DNA of 64,000 nucleotides from an uncultured Acidobacteriota bacterium (GCA_963804995.1 CAWDSK010000002.1:480001-544000); one strand, 5' to 3'; numbered from the stretch's first letter, positions 48,557-60,834 are shown. Numbers and translations are program-made. Notes: a model not told the origin generated them from the sequence alone.

Positions 48557-49723
48557 TTATTTTTCAATGGAAGCCACGACCGCGTTCGAGACGAGCCGCA
48601 GGAAGAGGCCGTTGTCCACAACCAGTGGGCGACTGGTCAAGACAACGCAGATTACTTGAGTTTCAGGGTCGGCCCACTCCATGGTTCCGGGCGAGCCGTT
48701 GTGGCCAAAAGCGCGGGGCGACAAGAGATCGCCAAGATTTTTGCCAGGGGAATCGCCCAGCCGCCAGCCCAGCCCCCACGGCGCGTTGAGATGCGCATTC
48801 TGATTGGAGAGCATGGCCTTCACGGTCATCGGACTGAGCAGTCGTTTTCGGCCATCGGTGCCGCCGTTCAAGAAGGTTTGGAGCAGGATGGCCAAGTCCG
48901 TGGTCGTCGTGTGCAGCGTGCCCCAGGGGCATCCCAGATTCCGCCAGTAGGTGCTGTTGGGCCCCCAGTCGCGAAAAGCTTGCAGGTCTGTTTCCGTGCC
49001 TACCTGAACTTGCACTGTATCGGCGAGCCGGAATTTCCCCGTCCCCAGCGACGTGTGCAGCATGCCCAGCGGTTCGAAGATCTCTTTGCGTTCGAAATCC
49101 TGAATCGACATGCCGGAGAGCTTCTCGACGATCGTCGCCGCCAGCAGAATTCCCATGCTCTGGTAGCTGTAGGCCGTGCCCGGCGTGAACAGCAGTGGCG
49201 TCGCATACGTGTGCTTCACGAATTCGCTGAGCGGCGCATGGGCCTGGCGCAATTGGTTGTTTTCCGGCAACTGATCGGGGAGCCCGGAAGTATGCGTGAG
49301 CAGATTAATCACGCGCACCTTATTCCTTTCGCCTCCAGTGAATTCGGGCAGGTAAGTCGACACCGGTTCATTCAGAGAAACCTTGCCGCGCTCGACCAGT
49401 ATCATCAGCGCCGTGGCGGTCACGGTCTTGGTGATCGAACCGACAACGTAGACGGAGTCGGGTCCGACCGCGGGCGAACCGGTCTCAGAGGAAAGATGAC
49501 CAAAGCCTTTGTGCAAGACGATCATCCCATGCCGCGCTACCAGGATCGAGGCAGCGTCCACACCTCGCCCGTGAACTTCCGCATCCAACATTGCGGTTAC
49601 ACGGTCAAGCCCGGCGCGCGACATGCCCGCAGCCGCAGGGTCTCCAGTCCGAAGCTGTGCGAGTGCCGGCAGGGCGGCGAGACTCAGAACAACCAAGCCG
49701 CAGCAAACACTTCTCAGCACCAT
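48557..49723 (-). CDS. serine hydrolase, beta-lactamase class C-like family
   Basis: Signal peptide, SITK (SxxK), LLTHTSGL, YSYQS, FGHNG. Confidence 0.92.
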   Translation of the reverse strand: MVLRSVCCGLVVLSLAALPALAQLRTGDPAAAGMSRAGLDRVTAMLDAEVHGRGVDAASILVARHGMIVLHKGFGHLSSETGSPAVGPDSVYVVGSITKTVTATALMILVERGKVSLNEPVSTYLPEFTGGERNKVRVINLLTHTSGLPDQLPENNQLRQAHAPLSEFVKHTYATPLLFTPGTAYSYQSMGILLAATIVEKLSGMSIQDFERKEIFEPLGMLHTSLGTGKFRLADTVQVQVGTETDLQAFRDWGPNSTYWRNLGCPWGTLHTTTTDLAILLQTFLNGGTDGRKRLLSPMTVKAMLSNQNAHLNAPWGLGWRLGDSPGKNLGDLLSPRAFGHNGSPGTMEWADPETQVICVVLTSRPLVVDNGLFLRLVSNAVVASIEK

Positions 49724-49771
49724 GGTGTTAATACCTCGGTGGATTATCAGCTATTTGTGACGGTAACGCAT

Positions 49772-50944
49772 TCACTTCTCCACGGCCGCCACGACCGCGT
49801 TCGAGACGAGCCGCAAGAACAGCCCGTTGTCCACGATCATCGGGCGGTTCGTCAACAAGCCACAAATGACCTGGGTTTCCGGGTCAGCCCAGGCCAGGGT
49901 GCCGGCCGCGCCATTGTGACCAAAAGTTTCTGGCGAAACCAGATCACCGAGCTGGCCTCCCTCGGAATTGCCCAGCTTCCAGCCGAGCCCCCAGGGAGCT
50001 TTCAAGCTTACGTTCTGGTCGGAGGTCATGGCCTTCACGGTAGCCGGACTGAGCAGGCGTCTTCCCCCATAGACGCCGCCATTCAAAAACGTCTGGAGCA
50101 GGATGGCCAGATCCATTGTCGTTGTGTGCAGGCCGCCCCAAGGGTGACCGATGTTGCGCCAATACTCGCTGTTGTCTCCCACGCTTGCCAAACCCTTTGC
50201 ATCCGTCGCTCCGGAGGAGTCGCCGGACGCCTGGATTTGGACCGTGTCTTGAATCCGCATATTTCCCAATCCCAGCGAGCTGCCTTTCATCCCCAACGGC
50301 ACAAAAATCTCCTGCCGCTCGAAGTCGCGAATCGGCAATCCCGAAACCTTTCCGACGATCTCCGCGGCCAGCAGGATTCCCATGCTCTGATAATGAAACG
50401 CCGTGCCGGGAGTGAACAGCAGCGGAGTCGTGTAGGTGTGCTTGACGAACTCACTGAGCGGCGCTTGCGACTGGCGCAACTCGTCGACCTCGGGCAACTG
50501 ATCCGGCAACCCCGAGGTGTGCGTCAGCAAATCGCGCACGCGCACCTTGTTCCGTTCGCCTCCCGTGAACTGGGGCAAGTAGGTGGACACCGGTTCTTCG
50601 AGCGAGACCTTACCGCGCTCGACCAAAAGCATCAGCGCCGTGGCGGTCACGGGTTTGGAAATCGAAGCGACAATGTACACGGAATCAGGTTCGACGGCGG
50701 GCGCCCCGCTCTGCGCGGATAGATGGCCATATCCCTTGTGCAGAACGACGGTCCCATGCCGTGCCACCAGGATGGAGGCGGCGCCAAGCCCTCGCAGGCG
50801 AACTTCTGATTCCAGCAGCGCGCTTACACGGTCAAGCCCGGCACGCGACATGCCCACGGCCGCCGGATCTCCAGGTCGAAGCTGTGCGAGCGCCGGCAGG
50901 GCGGAGAGGAGGAGAACAACCAAGCTGGCAGAGATTTTCACCAT
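49772..50944 (-). CDS. serine hydrolase, beta-lactamase class C-like family (tandem paralog)
   Basis: Signal peptide, SISK, LLTHTSGL, FHYQS, FGHNG. Confidence 0.92.
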   Translation of the reverse strand: MVKISASLVVLLLSALPALAQLRPGDPAAVGMSRAGLDRVSALLESEVRLRGLGAASILVARHGTVVLHKGYGHLSAQSGAPAVEPDSVYIVASISKPVTATALMLLVERGKVSLEEPVSTYLPQFTGGERNKVRVRDLLTHTSGLPDQLPEVDELRQSQAPLSEFVKHTYTTPLLFTPGTAFHYQSMGILLAAEIVGKVSGLPIRDFERQEIFVPLGMKGSSLGLGNMRIQDTVQIQASGDSSGATDAKGLASVGDNSEYWRNIGHPWGGLHTTTMDLAILLQTFLNGGVYGGRRLLSPATVKAMTSDQNVSLKAPWGLGWKLGNSEGGQLGDLVSPETFGHNGAAGTLAWADPETQVICGLLTNRPMIVDNGLFLRLVSNAVVAAVEK

Positions 50945-51140
50945 AGGTTTGATATCCCCCCGGGTCATATGAGCCGTCCCACGGTACCGAGACCCGGAAG
51001 GTTTGTCAACGAACCCAAATGCGACGAGCTTGAGCCCGCTTTGGGCGGCAATAACCTTGCTTGTGAATTATCTCAGCCTTGAGTTCACAGTGCTGCTGAC
51101 TTATGATTCTCCATCTGAAAAAATCCACGGGGAGACCTCT

Positions 51141-52052
51141 ATGAATTCACGCATTCATCGCCGCAAGTTTATGCAATCCGCTGGACTGGGGGCCCTGGCA
51201 GGGGCAGGGCTGGCGCTACCCCAGAAAACCGCCGAGGGTCAAACCCCAGCGACGCAGAAGCCCCGGCTGCTGGTGGGCTTGTGCGCCTACTCCTACCTCA
51301 AGTACCTCGACGCTGGAAAAATGACCATGGAGGAATTTATCCTCAAGGGCGTGGAGTTGGGCGTGAATGCCTTGGACATGACCACCTACTGGCTGAGGTC
51401 AACGGACTCTGATTACCTCTTATCCTTGCGCCATCTTGCCTTCAAGAACGGCTTGCCTTTTACGGGCGTGGCGTGCGGCCCTGACCTGCTCCAAGCCGAC
51501 AAAGACCTGCGCCGCCAAAATCTGGAGGAAGTCAAGACTTGGGTCGATCGCACGGACTTGCTGGGCGCCTCGCACTTGCGTGTCTTCGCGGGATTGCTTC
51601 CCGCCGGAGTAACTACGGCCCAGGGAATAGAGTGGACCGTGGAGTCCATGAAGGCGGCCTGCGACTACGCAGCCAAGAAGGGAATCACGCTCGGTGTTGA
51701 GACCCATGCGGGAGTCACGCAGAAAGCTGATGCCGCGCTCGAGATCATTCACCGTGTCGACTCCCCGTACGCGGGCATTACTCTCGACATCACCCATTTC
51801 CTTGGCGACTCCGACGAAGATATGTACAAACAAATCGAGGCCTGCATTCCTTACGCTACTCAAACGCACATTCGCGAGATTTTCGACAACGGGCATCCCA
51901 TCGACTTCGACCGCGTCTGGCAAATGTTCGCCAAGGCCGGCTACAAGGGATACATGTCGTTGGAGTACCAGGGCCGGGAAGACGTTATGGTCGCCGCACC
52001 CAGAATAGTTGAGCGGATGAAAACGTTGGGTAGGAAGTACTCGTCGGTTTAG
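51141..52052 (+). CDS. Tat-exported sugar phosphate isomerase/epimerase-family protein
   Basis: HRRKFM Tat signal, LRVFAG, LGVETH, LDITHF, GYKGYMSLEY. Confidence 0.85.
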   Translation: MNSRIHRRKFMQSAGLGALAGAGLALPQKTAEGQTPATQKPRLLVGLCAYSYLKYLDAGKMTMEEFILKGVELGVNALDMTTYWLRSTDSDYLLSLRHLAFKNGLPFTGVACGPDLLQADKDLRRQNLEEVKTWVDRTDLLGASHLRVFAGLLPAGVTTAQGIEWTVESMKAACDYAAKKGITLGVETHAGVTQKADAALEIIHRVDSPYAGITLDITHFLGDSDEDMYKQIEACIPYATQTHIREIFDNGHPIDFDRVWQMFAKAGYKGYMSLEYQGREDVMVAAPRIVERMKTLGRKYSSV

Positions 52053-52079
52053 TGTTGACTGGCCGTGCGGGTATGACGA

Positions 52080-53321
52080 TCAACCCTGGCGGGCCTCAGA
52101 CAAAGCCGGTGTTTTGCGGTCTCTGAGCATCCTGCTCCCAAAGAAGGGCAAGCCCGAGAGCAAAACTGCTACTGCTACGACAAATCCGGGATAGTAAGAG
52201 TGCGTCGTGGCGATGAGCAGGCCGGTGGCGATGGGTGCAACGATGCCTGAGAGGTTTCCGCCAAAATTCATGAAGCCCGTCCACAACCCAACCTTATCGG
52301 ACGGCGCCACGCGCTGCAGCAAGGCGAGCATATTGCCGGTGGCAAGGCCCACCAACGCTGCCCCGCCTATCAACAGGATTGCACCCGTATCGTTCTCGAC
52401 GAGTCCGACCGGCAAGAACATCAGGCTGCTGAGAAATGCAGCCGTGATGACTACTTTGCGGCTGCGCATTTCGCTCCAGCCGAAGTGCACCAGGCGGTCC
52501 GCGATCCAGCCGCCCACAGGTTCAGCGGTCCCGTAAATCAGATAAGGGATGGCGGCGAAAGCGCCGGCTTTGCGCAGCGGCATGTGCCGCGACACCACCA
52601 AGTAGTCGGGCAGCCAAGTCACCAGGAGGTACCAGTAATAGCCGTAACAGAAATTCGCGCTGGATAACGCGAGAAGATTGCGGTCCATCCAATCGAAGGA
52701 TCGGCCGGGGTTGTGCCTGGTTGCCGGGGAAGGGGACTTGGTGTGCACGGGATAAACAAGCAGCCAGGGGACAATCCAGATCAGGCTCGCAAAACCCACC
52801 CAAAGGAAGGTGTTCTTCCAACCCAGGGCCACGACCAGCATGGCAATCAGCGGCGCCCCTATGGCCAGTCCGGTGCGGGTGCCGCAGTTGACCAGTCCGG
52901 AAGCCAGGCCGCGGTCCTTGGCATCGAAGAACAAGCTGACCGCCTTCATGCCGCCGGGCAAGTAGACCGACTCACCCACGCCCAGAATGACGCGCAGGAC
53001 GATCAAGATGCCCAGTGTGGAGGCAAACGCGGTAAAACCGCAAGCCAGTGACCATAGCGCGAACGCGCCCGCATAGAGCCAGCGCAGGTTGTAGCGATCG
53101 GATAACAACCCCATAGGCACTTGCATAAATGCGTATGACCAGAAAAAAGCAGAGAGCAACACCCCTTTGGCCGCCGGGCCCAGGTGCAGATCAAAGGCAA
53201 TCACAGGCAAGGCCACCGAGATGATGGCGCGGTCCAGATAGTTGATGAACCCGGATATGAACAACAGCCCCGTAATCGCCCAGCGCCGCGCGTTCGATAC
53301 CCCTGCACTGACACTGGTCAT
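52080..53321 (-). CDS. MFS transporter (anion:cation symporter-like)
   Basis: INYLDR, SAFFWSYA..QVP.G...DR, LG.GES, TWLP.YL; about 12 TM segments. Confidence 0.92.
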   Translation of the reverse strand: MTSVSAGVSNARRWAITGLLFISGFINYLDRAIISVALPVIAFDLHLGPAAKGVLLSAFFWSYAFMQVPMGLLSDRYNLRWLYAGAFALWSLACGFTAFASTLGILIVLRVILGVGESVYLPGGMKAVSLFFDAKDRGLASGLVNCGTRTGLAIGAPLIAMLVVALGWKNTFLWVGFASLIWIVPWLLVYPVHTKSPSPATRHNPGRSFDWMDRNLLALSSANFCYGYYWYLLVTWLPDYLVVSRHMPLRKAGAFAAIPYLIYGTAEPVGGWIADRLVHFGWSEMRSRKVVITAAFLSSLMFLPVGLVENDTGAILLIGGAALVGLATGNMLALLQRVAPSDKVGLWTGFMNFGGNLSGIVAPIATGLLIATTHSYYPGFVVAVAVLLSGLPFFGSRMLRDRKTPALSEARQG

Positions 53322-53589
53322 TCCCACACTCCGTGAACCCCCACACCACCGCCTGTCACGCGTGGGTCAGGCCTTCCCGTCACACTGGTTAAGGTGTTCC
53401 CCTTGCCATAGTGCCATGTTTAGCGCCGTCATGTTAGCTGAATCCCAGGTTACTCCGGAACATTTTCTCTTGCCCTGCTGGTCTTTTGGTTGTCGCAAGC
53501 CCCGGGCTTTTGATTGACCGCTCTCCCGCCGCCCATTTAACATTGTCGGTCCATACCATCTTTCAAGGGGCGCCACCAGGAGAGGACAT

Positions 53590-55686
53590 ATGCACCTCCG
53601 ATTTGCGGGAAGAATTCCGATTCCGTTCGTTGCTTTGATTGCGAGCCTGGCGGTGGCCGCTCCCCTCCTGGCGCAAGGACTCGTAACCAGCGACCTCTAC
53701 CTCTTCCGCTCGGTGAAAGAAGTGGCACTATCTCCCAACAATCAGCGGGTCGCTTACACCGTGACCATGTTCGATCGCCCCGGGCGGCCCTATTCGCAGG
53801 TTTGGATTATGGACCTCGCGAGCCACCGGAGCACACGCCTTGGTGAGGAGAAAGGGGCAAGCTCGGAACCGGTGTGGTCGCGGGATGCCAACTGGCTGGC
53901 CTACCTGGGCGGCGAGGGCGATCAGGCCGGGCTTTGGGTGGCGCGCGCGGATGGCTCCGGCGGCACATTTCTCGCGCCGTTGATGGGCTCGAACTCTCCT
54001 CTTCCCGACCAAGGCGCGGTGATCACCTGGTCACCCGACAGCAAGCAGATTGCCTTCGTCTCTTCGACCCCGGGGCCTGAGACGGCCGACGCCCAGGCCG
54101 ACCCTATGGTGATCACGCGCTATCTCTACAAGCCCACCGCGACGGAAGGCTTGACGCATTTCAATGACAATCGCCGATTGCACATCTTCGTGGCCGACGT
54201 TGCCACGCGGCAGGTTCGCCAGATCACTCGGGGGAGCACCGATGAACATTCCATCGACTGGTCGCCGGACGGCAGGGAGATCCTCTTCGTCTCCAACCAC
54301 GACCCTAACTCCGACGAATTCTTCAATTACGACGTTTTTGCCTTGAAGGTCGCGGATGGCAGTGTCCGACGCCTGACCGCCACGGAGAGTTGCGAGTATG
54401 CACCGCGTTGGTCGCCGGATGGAAAAAGCATCGTCTACGCCGGCACCAAGCGCGGGCTGACCGACCGCGAAACTACCATGGAAGATACGCACGTCTGGCT
54501 GATGGATTCTGACGGAAGCCATCGCCGCGAGATCGGCGCGGGGATCGATAACCGCCAGGGGCAGCCGCAGTGGTCACCGGAAGGCGATGCCGTCTATTTC
54601 ACGATGGAGGAACGCGGCAGTGTTCACTTGGTCCGCCTACCAATTTCGGAGTCCGCCTCAACGGGCGCGCCGCAGGTTGTGGTGGCTGCGCCTGGAACGG
54701 TCGGCGGGTGGTCGGCCGGCAAAGCAGGCTTGGTGGCCTATGCCCTCACCACTCCGCGGGACATGGCGGAGCTATATCTTCAGACGGGAGGCGTGCCTGC
54801 GCATAAGTTAACCGACTTGAACGCCGCGATTCTCGCGAACCAGAAAATCGCTGAGGTCGAGCCCTTCACGTTCATCAGTAACGATAACAAATACGAGGTT
54901 GAGGCGTTTCTGACCAAGCCGCAGGGTATCACCGAAGGGCTGCCGGATATGGCGCTCGCTGCCAAGCATCCACTCATTGTGAGCCTGCACGGCGGCCCTC
55001 ACGCGCAGAGCGGGCCGGCCTTCAACATCAAGAATCAGATTTATGCGGCACACGGTTGGGCGGTGTTGCAAGTGAACTATCGGGGGTCTACGGGCTATGG
55101 CCAAAAGTATGCGGACCCGGTTTTTGGCGACCAGGACGGAAACGAAGCCCAGGACGTCCTTTACGGGGTCAGTGCCGCCCTGCGCCGCTATCTGTGGCTC
55201 GACCGGGAGCGCATGGGCCTGGAAGGCACGAGCTACGGCGGCCAGTTGACCGAGTGGCTCATCACCCAGACGAATGAGTTCAAAGCTGCGGTGCCCATCC
55301 GAGCGATCGCCAATATCGTCAGTTATAACTACATGACCTATTACAACCAATATGAAGAGATGGAATTCGGCCAGTTCCTGCATCAGGGGAATTGGATGGA
55401 CTTCGCCTGGGAGCGCTCCGCTCTGAAGCACGTGGCGAACGTCCACACCCCCACTCTGATCCTGCACGGGGAGAGCGACGCGGACGTGCCGATTGCGGAG
55501 TCCGAGCAGTTCTTCATCGCGCTCAAGGACGTGGGTGTGGAAACCGTCTTCGTCCGCTATCCCCGCGAAGGGCACGGATTAAACGAGACCCGGCACTTGG
55601 CTGACTCGATCGACCGCAGCATGGCGTGGTATGAGAAGCATTTCCCCCACCCCGGCCAGGAAGGCGTGACCAACGTCCAACCGTGA
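53590..55686 (+). CDS. S9-family serine peptidase with TolB/PD40-like propeller
   Basis: WSPDG repeats, HGGP, NYRGSTGYG, GTSYGG, HGESD, EGHG. Confidence 0.93.
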   Translation: MHLRFAGRIPIPFVALIASLAVAAPLLAQGLVTSDLYLFRSVKEVALSPNNQRVAYTVTMFDRPGRPYSQVWIMDLASHRSTRLGEEKGASSEPVWSRDANWLAYLGGEGDQAGLWVARADGSGGTFLAPLMGSNSPLPDQGAVITWSPDSKQIAFVSSTPGPETADAQADPMVITRYLYKPTATEGLTHFNDNRRLHIFVADVATRQVRQITRGSTDEHSIDWSPDGREILFVSNHDPNSDEFFNYDVFALKVADGSVRRLTATESCEYAPRWSPDGKSIVYAGTKRGLTDRETTMEDTHVWLMDSDGSHRREIGAGIDNRQGQPQWSPEGDAVYFTMEERGSVHLVRLPISESASTGAPQVVVAAPGTVGGWSAGKAGLVAYALTTPRDMAELYLQTGGVPAHKLTDLNAAILANQKIAEVEPFTFISNDNKYEVEAFLTKPQGITEGLPDMALAAKHPLIVSLHGGPHAQSGPAFNIKNQIYAAHGWAVLQVNYRGSTGYGQKYADPVFGDQDGNEAQDVLYGVSAALRRYLWLDRERMGLEGTSYGGQLTEWLITQTNEFKAAVPIRAIANIVSYNYMTYYNQYEEMEFGQFLHQGNWMDFAWERSALKHVANVHTPTLILHGESDADVPIAESEQFFIALKDVGVETVFVRYPREGHGLNETRHLADSIDRSMAWYEKHFPHPGQEGVTNVQP

Positions 55687-55868
55687 AGGCGCGGAGGAGG
55701 TTGATGAGGCACATGCACCATGGAAAGGCGCAGCCTTTGTCACCGCGGCGACCAGAGCCGCAGGTCGCTACATGTCCATATGAGAGTGGTTTGGACAACC
55801 CTGTTCCGGAACCGCCCCTACAATACATGAAATACCGGCCCGCTAGCCGCGCCCCCAGGCACCGACCC

Positions 55869-57047
55869 TCAGTAACCCGTAACCCCGGCTTTGTGGTAGA
55901 ACTCTCTGACGCCCTGGTATTCCTCGTGCAGCTCCACCAGGCCCAGGCCGCGCAGCATCTGGCGGATCGTCATATGCGGGTCATTCGACCAGAACATCCC
56001 GCATTCTTCGTCCTGGTAATAACGGTAGCCCACTTTATCGCCGTAAAGCTTCGTGAGGGCTTCACCCCTTTGCAGGGTCCGACTGTACCCGACGATGGCG
56101 TAGCTCAGGTTGAGCTCCTGCACCAGGATGTTGTCTTCAGGAGGGTTGATGTTACCCACCTTGACTTTATCATCCCGCATGGCCCAGGTTACTTGAGAGA
56201 CGATTTTGCCGGTGGGTTCGAAGATGGAAGCGTTGTTGTGCCAGGTGCTGGAGACGATGTAGTAGTGATTATGTTTGGCACGACAGGCCGGCTGGGAAGT
56301 CTGGGGAGATTGGCTTGGCCAGGCCACAATCTCAGCCCCTTTGCGGGCCAGTTCCCCCCAACCGTAATCAAAATCCATGTCGTAGCAAATCTGCATCCCC
56401 AGCTTGCCGAAATCACACTGGAAGACGGGTACTTCCTTCCCGGAAGTGCAGCCATGTTCCATGGAGCCGGTTTTGGTATCGACCACGAGCTGCACCTTGC
56501 GATAAATGCCCACGACCTTTCCCGTCCGGTCAAAAAGAATCGCGGCATTGGAATATCGGTTGGCAGCCCGATCCTCCTGGAGGTAAGTGGTCGCGATAAT
56601 GTAGCAATGGCACTTGCGCGCCTCGCGAGCGAAGGTGTCCTGGAGTTGACCTTCCAGTGGATACGACCAACTCGCCACGGTCCCTTTGTCCTCGCCTTGA
56701 CCGGTGACGGCTACTTCCGGCAGCACCGCCAGATCCAAACCGCGGCCATACTTCTTCTCGGACTGCGCCTGCATGCGGTCGACGATTGCCATCAGTTGCT
56801 CCAGGCGTTTTTCGAGGCCCGGATATTTCCCCCAGAAGGGTTGCATGACGGTGCCGACGATGACCTTGCGGGGCGGTTGGTCCGAGGTGCTCTTCACGGG
56901 AATGTCTGCCCCCGCGGCGCAGAGTGTCAGCAAGCACCCCAGGAACCCCATCACTAACTTGACGAGTATGCGTGTTGGAATTAGGCGTTTTGTTATCACA
57001 ATCCCTCCGTTGCGGAATGATCCGGCAGGTAGCCACGATATCGCCAA
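55869..57047 (-). CDS. carbon-nitrogen hydrolase (nitrilase superfamily), probably exported
   Basis: VLPE / YRK / ICYD Glu-Lys-Cys triad; true start probably downstream of 57047. Confidence 0.88.
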   Translation of the reverse strand: MAISWLPAGSFRNGGIVITKRLIPTRILVKLVMGFLGCLLTLCAAGADIPVKSTSDQPPRKVIVGTVMQPFWGKYPGLEKRLEQLMAIVDRMQAQSEKKYGRGLDLAVLPEVAVTGQGEDKGTVASWSYPLEGQLQDTFAREARKCHCYIIATTYLQEDRAANRYSNAAILFDRTGKVVGIYRKVQLVVDTKTGSMEHGCTSGKEVPVFQCDFGKLGMQICYDMDFDYGWGELARKGAEIVAWPSQSPQTSQPACRAKHNHYYIVSSTWHNNASIFEPTGKIVSQVTWAMRDDKVKVGNINPPEDNILVQELNLSYAIVGYSRTLQRGEALTKLYGDKVGYRYYQDEECGMFWSNDPHMTIRQMLRGLGLVELHEEYQGVREFYHKAGVTGY

Positions 57048-57224
57048 GCCCGAACATCCGCCAGTTTTAACGGTACCAGTCCTGACCGTGCGATTTTCTC
57101 ATGCCTGGGGTCCGGCAGCAACACGCCGTCGTTAATCAGTGGGCGTTGACAATGCAGCAGTGTTAAGGTAGCGTCATCTGCGAATTTGGTAAGGGCCGAA
57201 GGCCATAGACGTAAGGAGATTATC

Positions 57225-60200
57225 ATGCGACGAATTCTATATCTAGTGTGTGTAGCCTTCCTCTGCGCCCTGAGCGCGCACGGCCAGGAGGCGGCGCTCA
57301 CCGGCTTAATCACTGACGCCTCAGGCGCCGTGGTACCGCAGGCTACGGTCTTGCTGCGCAACCAGGATACTAGTGCCCAATATCAGACGGACTCCAATGG
57401 CGCCGGCGTCTACACTTTCCCGTTCGTGAAGCCCGGGCCCTACGAGATTAACGTCGAGAAATCCGGGTTCAAGAAGGCAACCCGAACAGGTATCAAGCTG
57501 GAACGTCTCGCAGAATGCCCGAATTGACATTGCCTTGGAAGTAGGGCAGACAACCCAGGTCGTGGAGGTAACGGGGAGCGCTCCTGTGGTTAACACGACG
57601 GACGCGACCGTTTCGCAGGTCATTACCGGAAAGCAGATTGTGGACCTCAACCTGAACGGCCGGAACTACGAAGCCCTGGTCATCCTGACCCCCGGTTCCT
57701 CTCCTGATAATCCCTCAGGTTCGCAAGTGAGGAGCGGCATTGGGTTTAACCCTACTGAAGCTGGTGGGAACTCCGTTGTTTCGGTATCGTTCAATGGCAA
57801 TCGGTTAGGAGCCAACACTTTCGCCATTGACGGCATGGACACGGCCGATGATAGTGGGGGAGGCTGGTCAACGGTGGTCGTTCCGGACGTTGACTCCATC
57901 TCCGAGTTCCGAATCTCCACTTCGAACTATGGCGCTGACGTTGGGAAACGCGGCTCCGCCTTCACCGAGATCGCAACTAAATCCGGGACCAAGGACTTTC
58001 ATGGCACCGCCTTCGAATTCGCACGCAACGAAGCCATGAACGCCAACCCTTGGTTTGCCAACCAGGTGCCCTGGAGCGGCTTACCGGCATCGGACTGCGG
58101 CGGGAATCCTGCCGGACCCTGTAATGCTCCCAAAGCCGCCCTGAAATTAAATGATTTCGGCTACAACTTTGGTGGGCCCTTCTACATTCCCGGCCACTAC
58201 AACACCGACAAATCCAAGACCTTCTTTTTCTGGACGCAGAGTTGGGGCCGGTATCGAACCGGGACCGTCTTGAACGCGACTGCGCCCACAGTCCGCATGC
58301 GCAGCGGCGACTTCAGCGAGTGCGACCCCGCGTCAAACAACTTCAACGCCATTGCTGCCTCCAACTGCACGTTGCCGATTAACAATGCTACCGGACTGAC
58401 TTTCCCTGGGGACATGGTCCCCGTTAACCCCAACGCGGCGACGCTGCTCAATGCGTTCGTGCCTTTGCCCAATAGTGGCCCGGTGGGCTGGGAGTCCGCC
58501 CCGGACCTGCCCTCGAACTCCCGCCAGGAGAGTCTGCGCGTCGACCAGAACATTAGCGACAAGACCACCCTCTTTGTCCGCTTGACTCAGGAGGCTTGGA
58601 ACCAAGAGATTATTCCCACGCTATGGTCATCCTCCGTTTTTGACACGGTCCAGACCCATCACGCGCTTCCTGCCAAAAACGCTGTGATACACCTGACCCA
58701 CAACTTCAAGCCCAACCTGATGAACGAGTTTGTCATGGGGTTCGTGAATGACATTCAGAGTGAAAGCGACTCGGTCGGTCCAGGATCCATATCCGGCTCA
58801 ATCACCAAGCCCTCTTCGTGGACCGGCGGTACGATTTTTGCCGTGAATCGGAAATACTCGGCTCTCCCCGGCATCACAGTTGGCGGCGGTACGCCATTTA
58901 GCTTTTCGGAGGATCCTGCTCCTTGGGGAGTTCCCGGCCTCGGCAATTTCTCCTCTACATTCTCTGCGGCTGATACGCTGGTCTACATGGTGAGGAAGCA
59001 CACCTTAAAAATGGGGCTCTCCTTCGTGGACACTCACGCTGACGGCGCACTCGCGTCGGCCAACCCGGAGGGCAAATACACGTTCCAAGCCCATTCACCG
59101 ACCTCCACGGGTAATGCCCTGGCTGACATGTACCTAGGCATCATCGACAGCTATCAAGAGGGCGCGTATGGTCCGGGTGGTGCGCCGATTAATGGGGTGG
59201 GTTGGAATCGCTCGCGACGACATGACTTCGAACCCTTTATTCAGGATGACTGGAAGGTGGACCGGAGATTAACCCTGAATCTCGGTCTGCGCTACTATTA
59301 CTATACGCCCCAAAGCGATGTATCGAAACCTTCCAACGACGCCGACTTCTTCCCGCAACTTTACAATCCCGCGGCGCAAGCCCAGCTCAATTCCGCCGGC
59401 AACATTGTCGCCGGCACGGGCTACAACTACTCTGAGATTGGGAATGGGCTGGTGAGATGCGCGTCAGGGGGGATCCCGCGGGGATGCCGAAACCAGCCTG
59501 CCGACTTGTTCGCCCCGCGATTTGGGTTTGCTTATGATCCCACGGGGAGCGGTAAGACCTCGATCCGTGGCGGGTACGGCATCTTCTACGATCTCGGCAA
59601 CGGCGAGGGCCAGTCTCAGAACGCTGCGGGGAGCCCTCCGAATACCTTCAACACCACCGGCTACAACATCGTGGGATACCAGAACGTTGTTCCCGGTCCG
59701 CTGCCACCCGGCTCCCTGACGGCTTGGCCCGAAAATGGTCCGTGGATGGGTGTTCAGCAGTACAACCTGACCCTCGAACACGAGTTCCCAGCCCATAACT
59801 TTGTGAGCATTGGATATGTGGGGACTTTGGGACGCCACTTGAGCCGCAATCATGGCCTCAATCAGGTTCCCAACGGGGAAGGGATCGTCAACGTTCCCGA
59901 GTTGGCCGGGGCCCCGGGCTGCGACGCCTTCGGCAACTGCAATGTCCAAAACGCCCTGATCAATTCGGAAGAGCCGGCCCTCTTCTTTGCCCCGTATCGC
60001 GGATATAACGGGATTACCACCAACGAGCTCTCCGGATCCTCACACTACAACTCGCTGCAAGCGACGTACCGGCATCCCGTCGGGCATGGCCTCAATTACC
60101 AGCTTGCTTACACGTATGCGCATGCCATTGACAACGCGAGCCTATCAGCCTCCTATGGCGTGGACGACACCAACCTGGATCGCTGGACCGGCAATTCGGA

Positions 60201-60834
60201 CTTTAACCGCACCCAAAGCTTGCAGGCGAGTTACATCTACGACTTGCCTTTTTTCAAGAACAATCCCAATCACCTCGTGAAGAACGCCTTGGGGGGATGG
60301 CAGTTAAGTGGAATAACCAGCTTCTACACCGGATTACCTGTGGACTTCAATTGCGGAGGGACGGGCCTGGCGAGCGGCATCGGTCAGGGCATGCGCTGCA
60401 ACACGAGTGGGCCGCTCAAAATCCAGAAAGGCGTCACGAACGACCCTGTGTACGGGCCGGTGCCCACATGGTTTAACCCGGCGGCGCTTCAGCAGCCTTT
60501 GGCGTCGCAGTATTTTTCCAATGGGGAAGCGGGGATGTTCGGCTATATGGGACGGAACGTTCTGATTGGGCCGGGCCGGAATAACTGGGACTTGGGCTTG
60601 CACAAGAATTTTCAGACGCCCTGGTTCGGAGGCGAACACGCTTCTCTTCAAGTTCGCCTCGAAACCTACAATACCTTCAACCATCCGCAGTGGGATTCCG
60701 TTATCGCCTACTGCGGGGGTAATACCCCGGCGGGAACTGCGTGCAGCGGCACCGCCAACAACCTTGGGAATGGTGAGGTTAATGGCACTTGGAACCCCCG
60801 TAACATCCAATTGGGTATGAAGTTCCTCTTCTAG
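57225..60834 (+). CDS. Oar-like TonB-dependent receptor with carboxypeptidase-regulatory N-terminal domain; frameshift near 57502
   Basis: G.ITDASGAVVP.A.V, LNGRNY, TKSGT..FHG, QDDWKV..LTLNLGLRY, C-terminal RNIQLGMKFLF. Confidence 0.93.

Noticed and set aside
48392..50722. 776-aa plus-strand ORF
   Set aside because: Antisense shadow of the two serine hydrolase genes; its internal duplication mirrors theirs.
48557..50944. Antibiotic-resistance beta-lactamases
   Set aside because: YQS and GHNG motifs fit the broad esterase/peptidase-like serine hydrolase family rather than AmpC (YxN, KTG).
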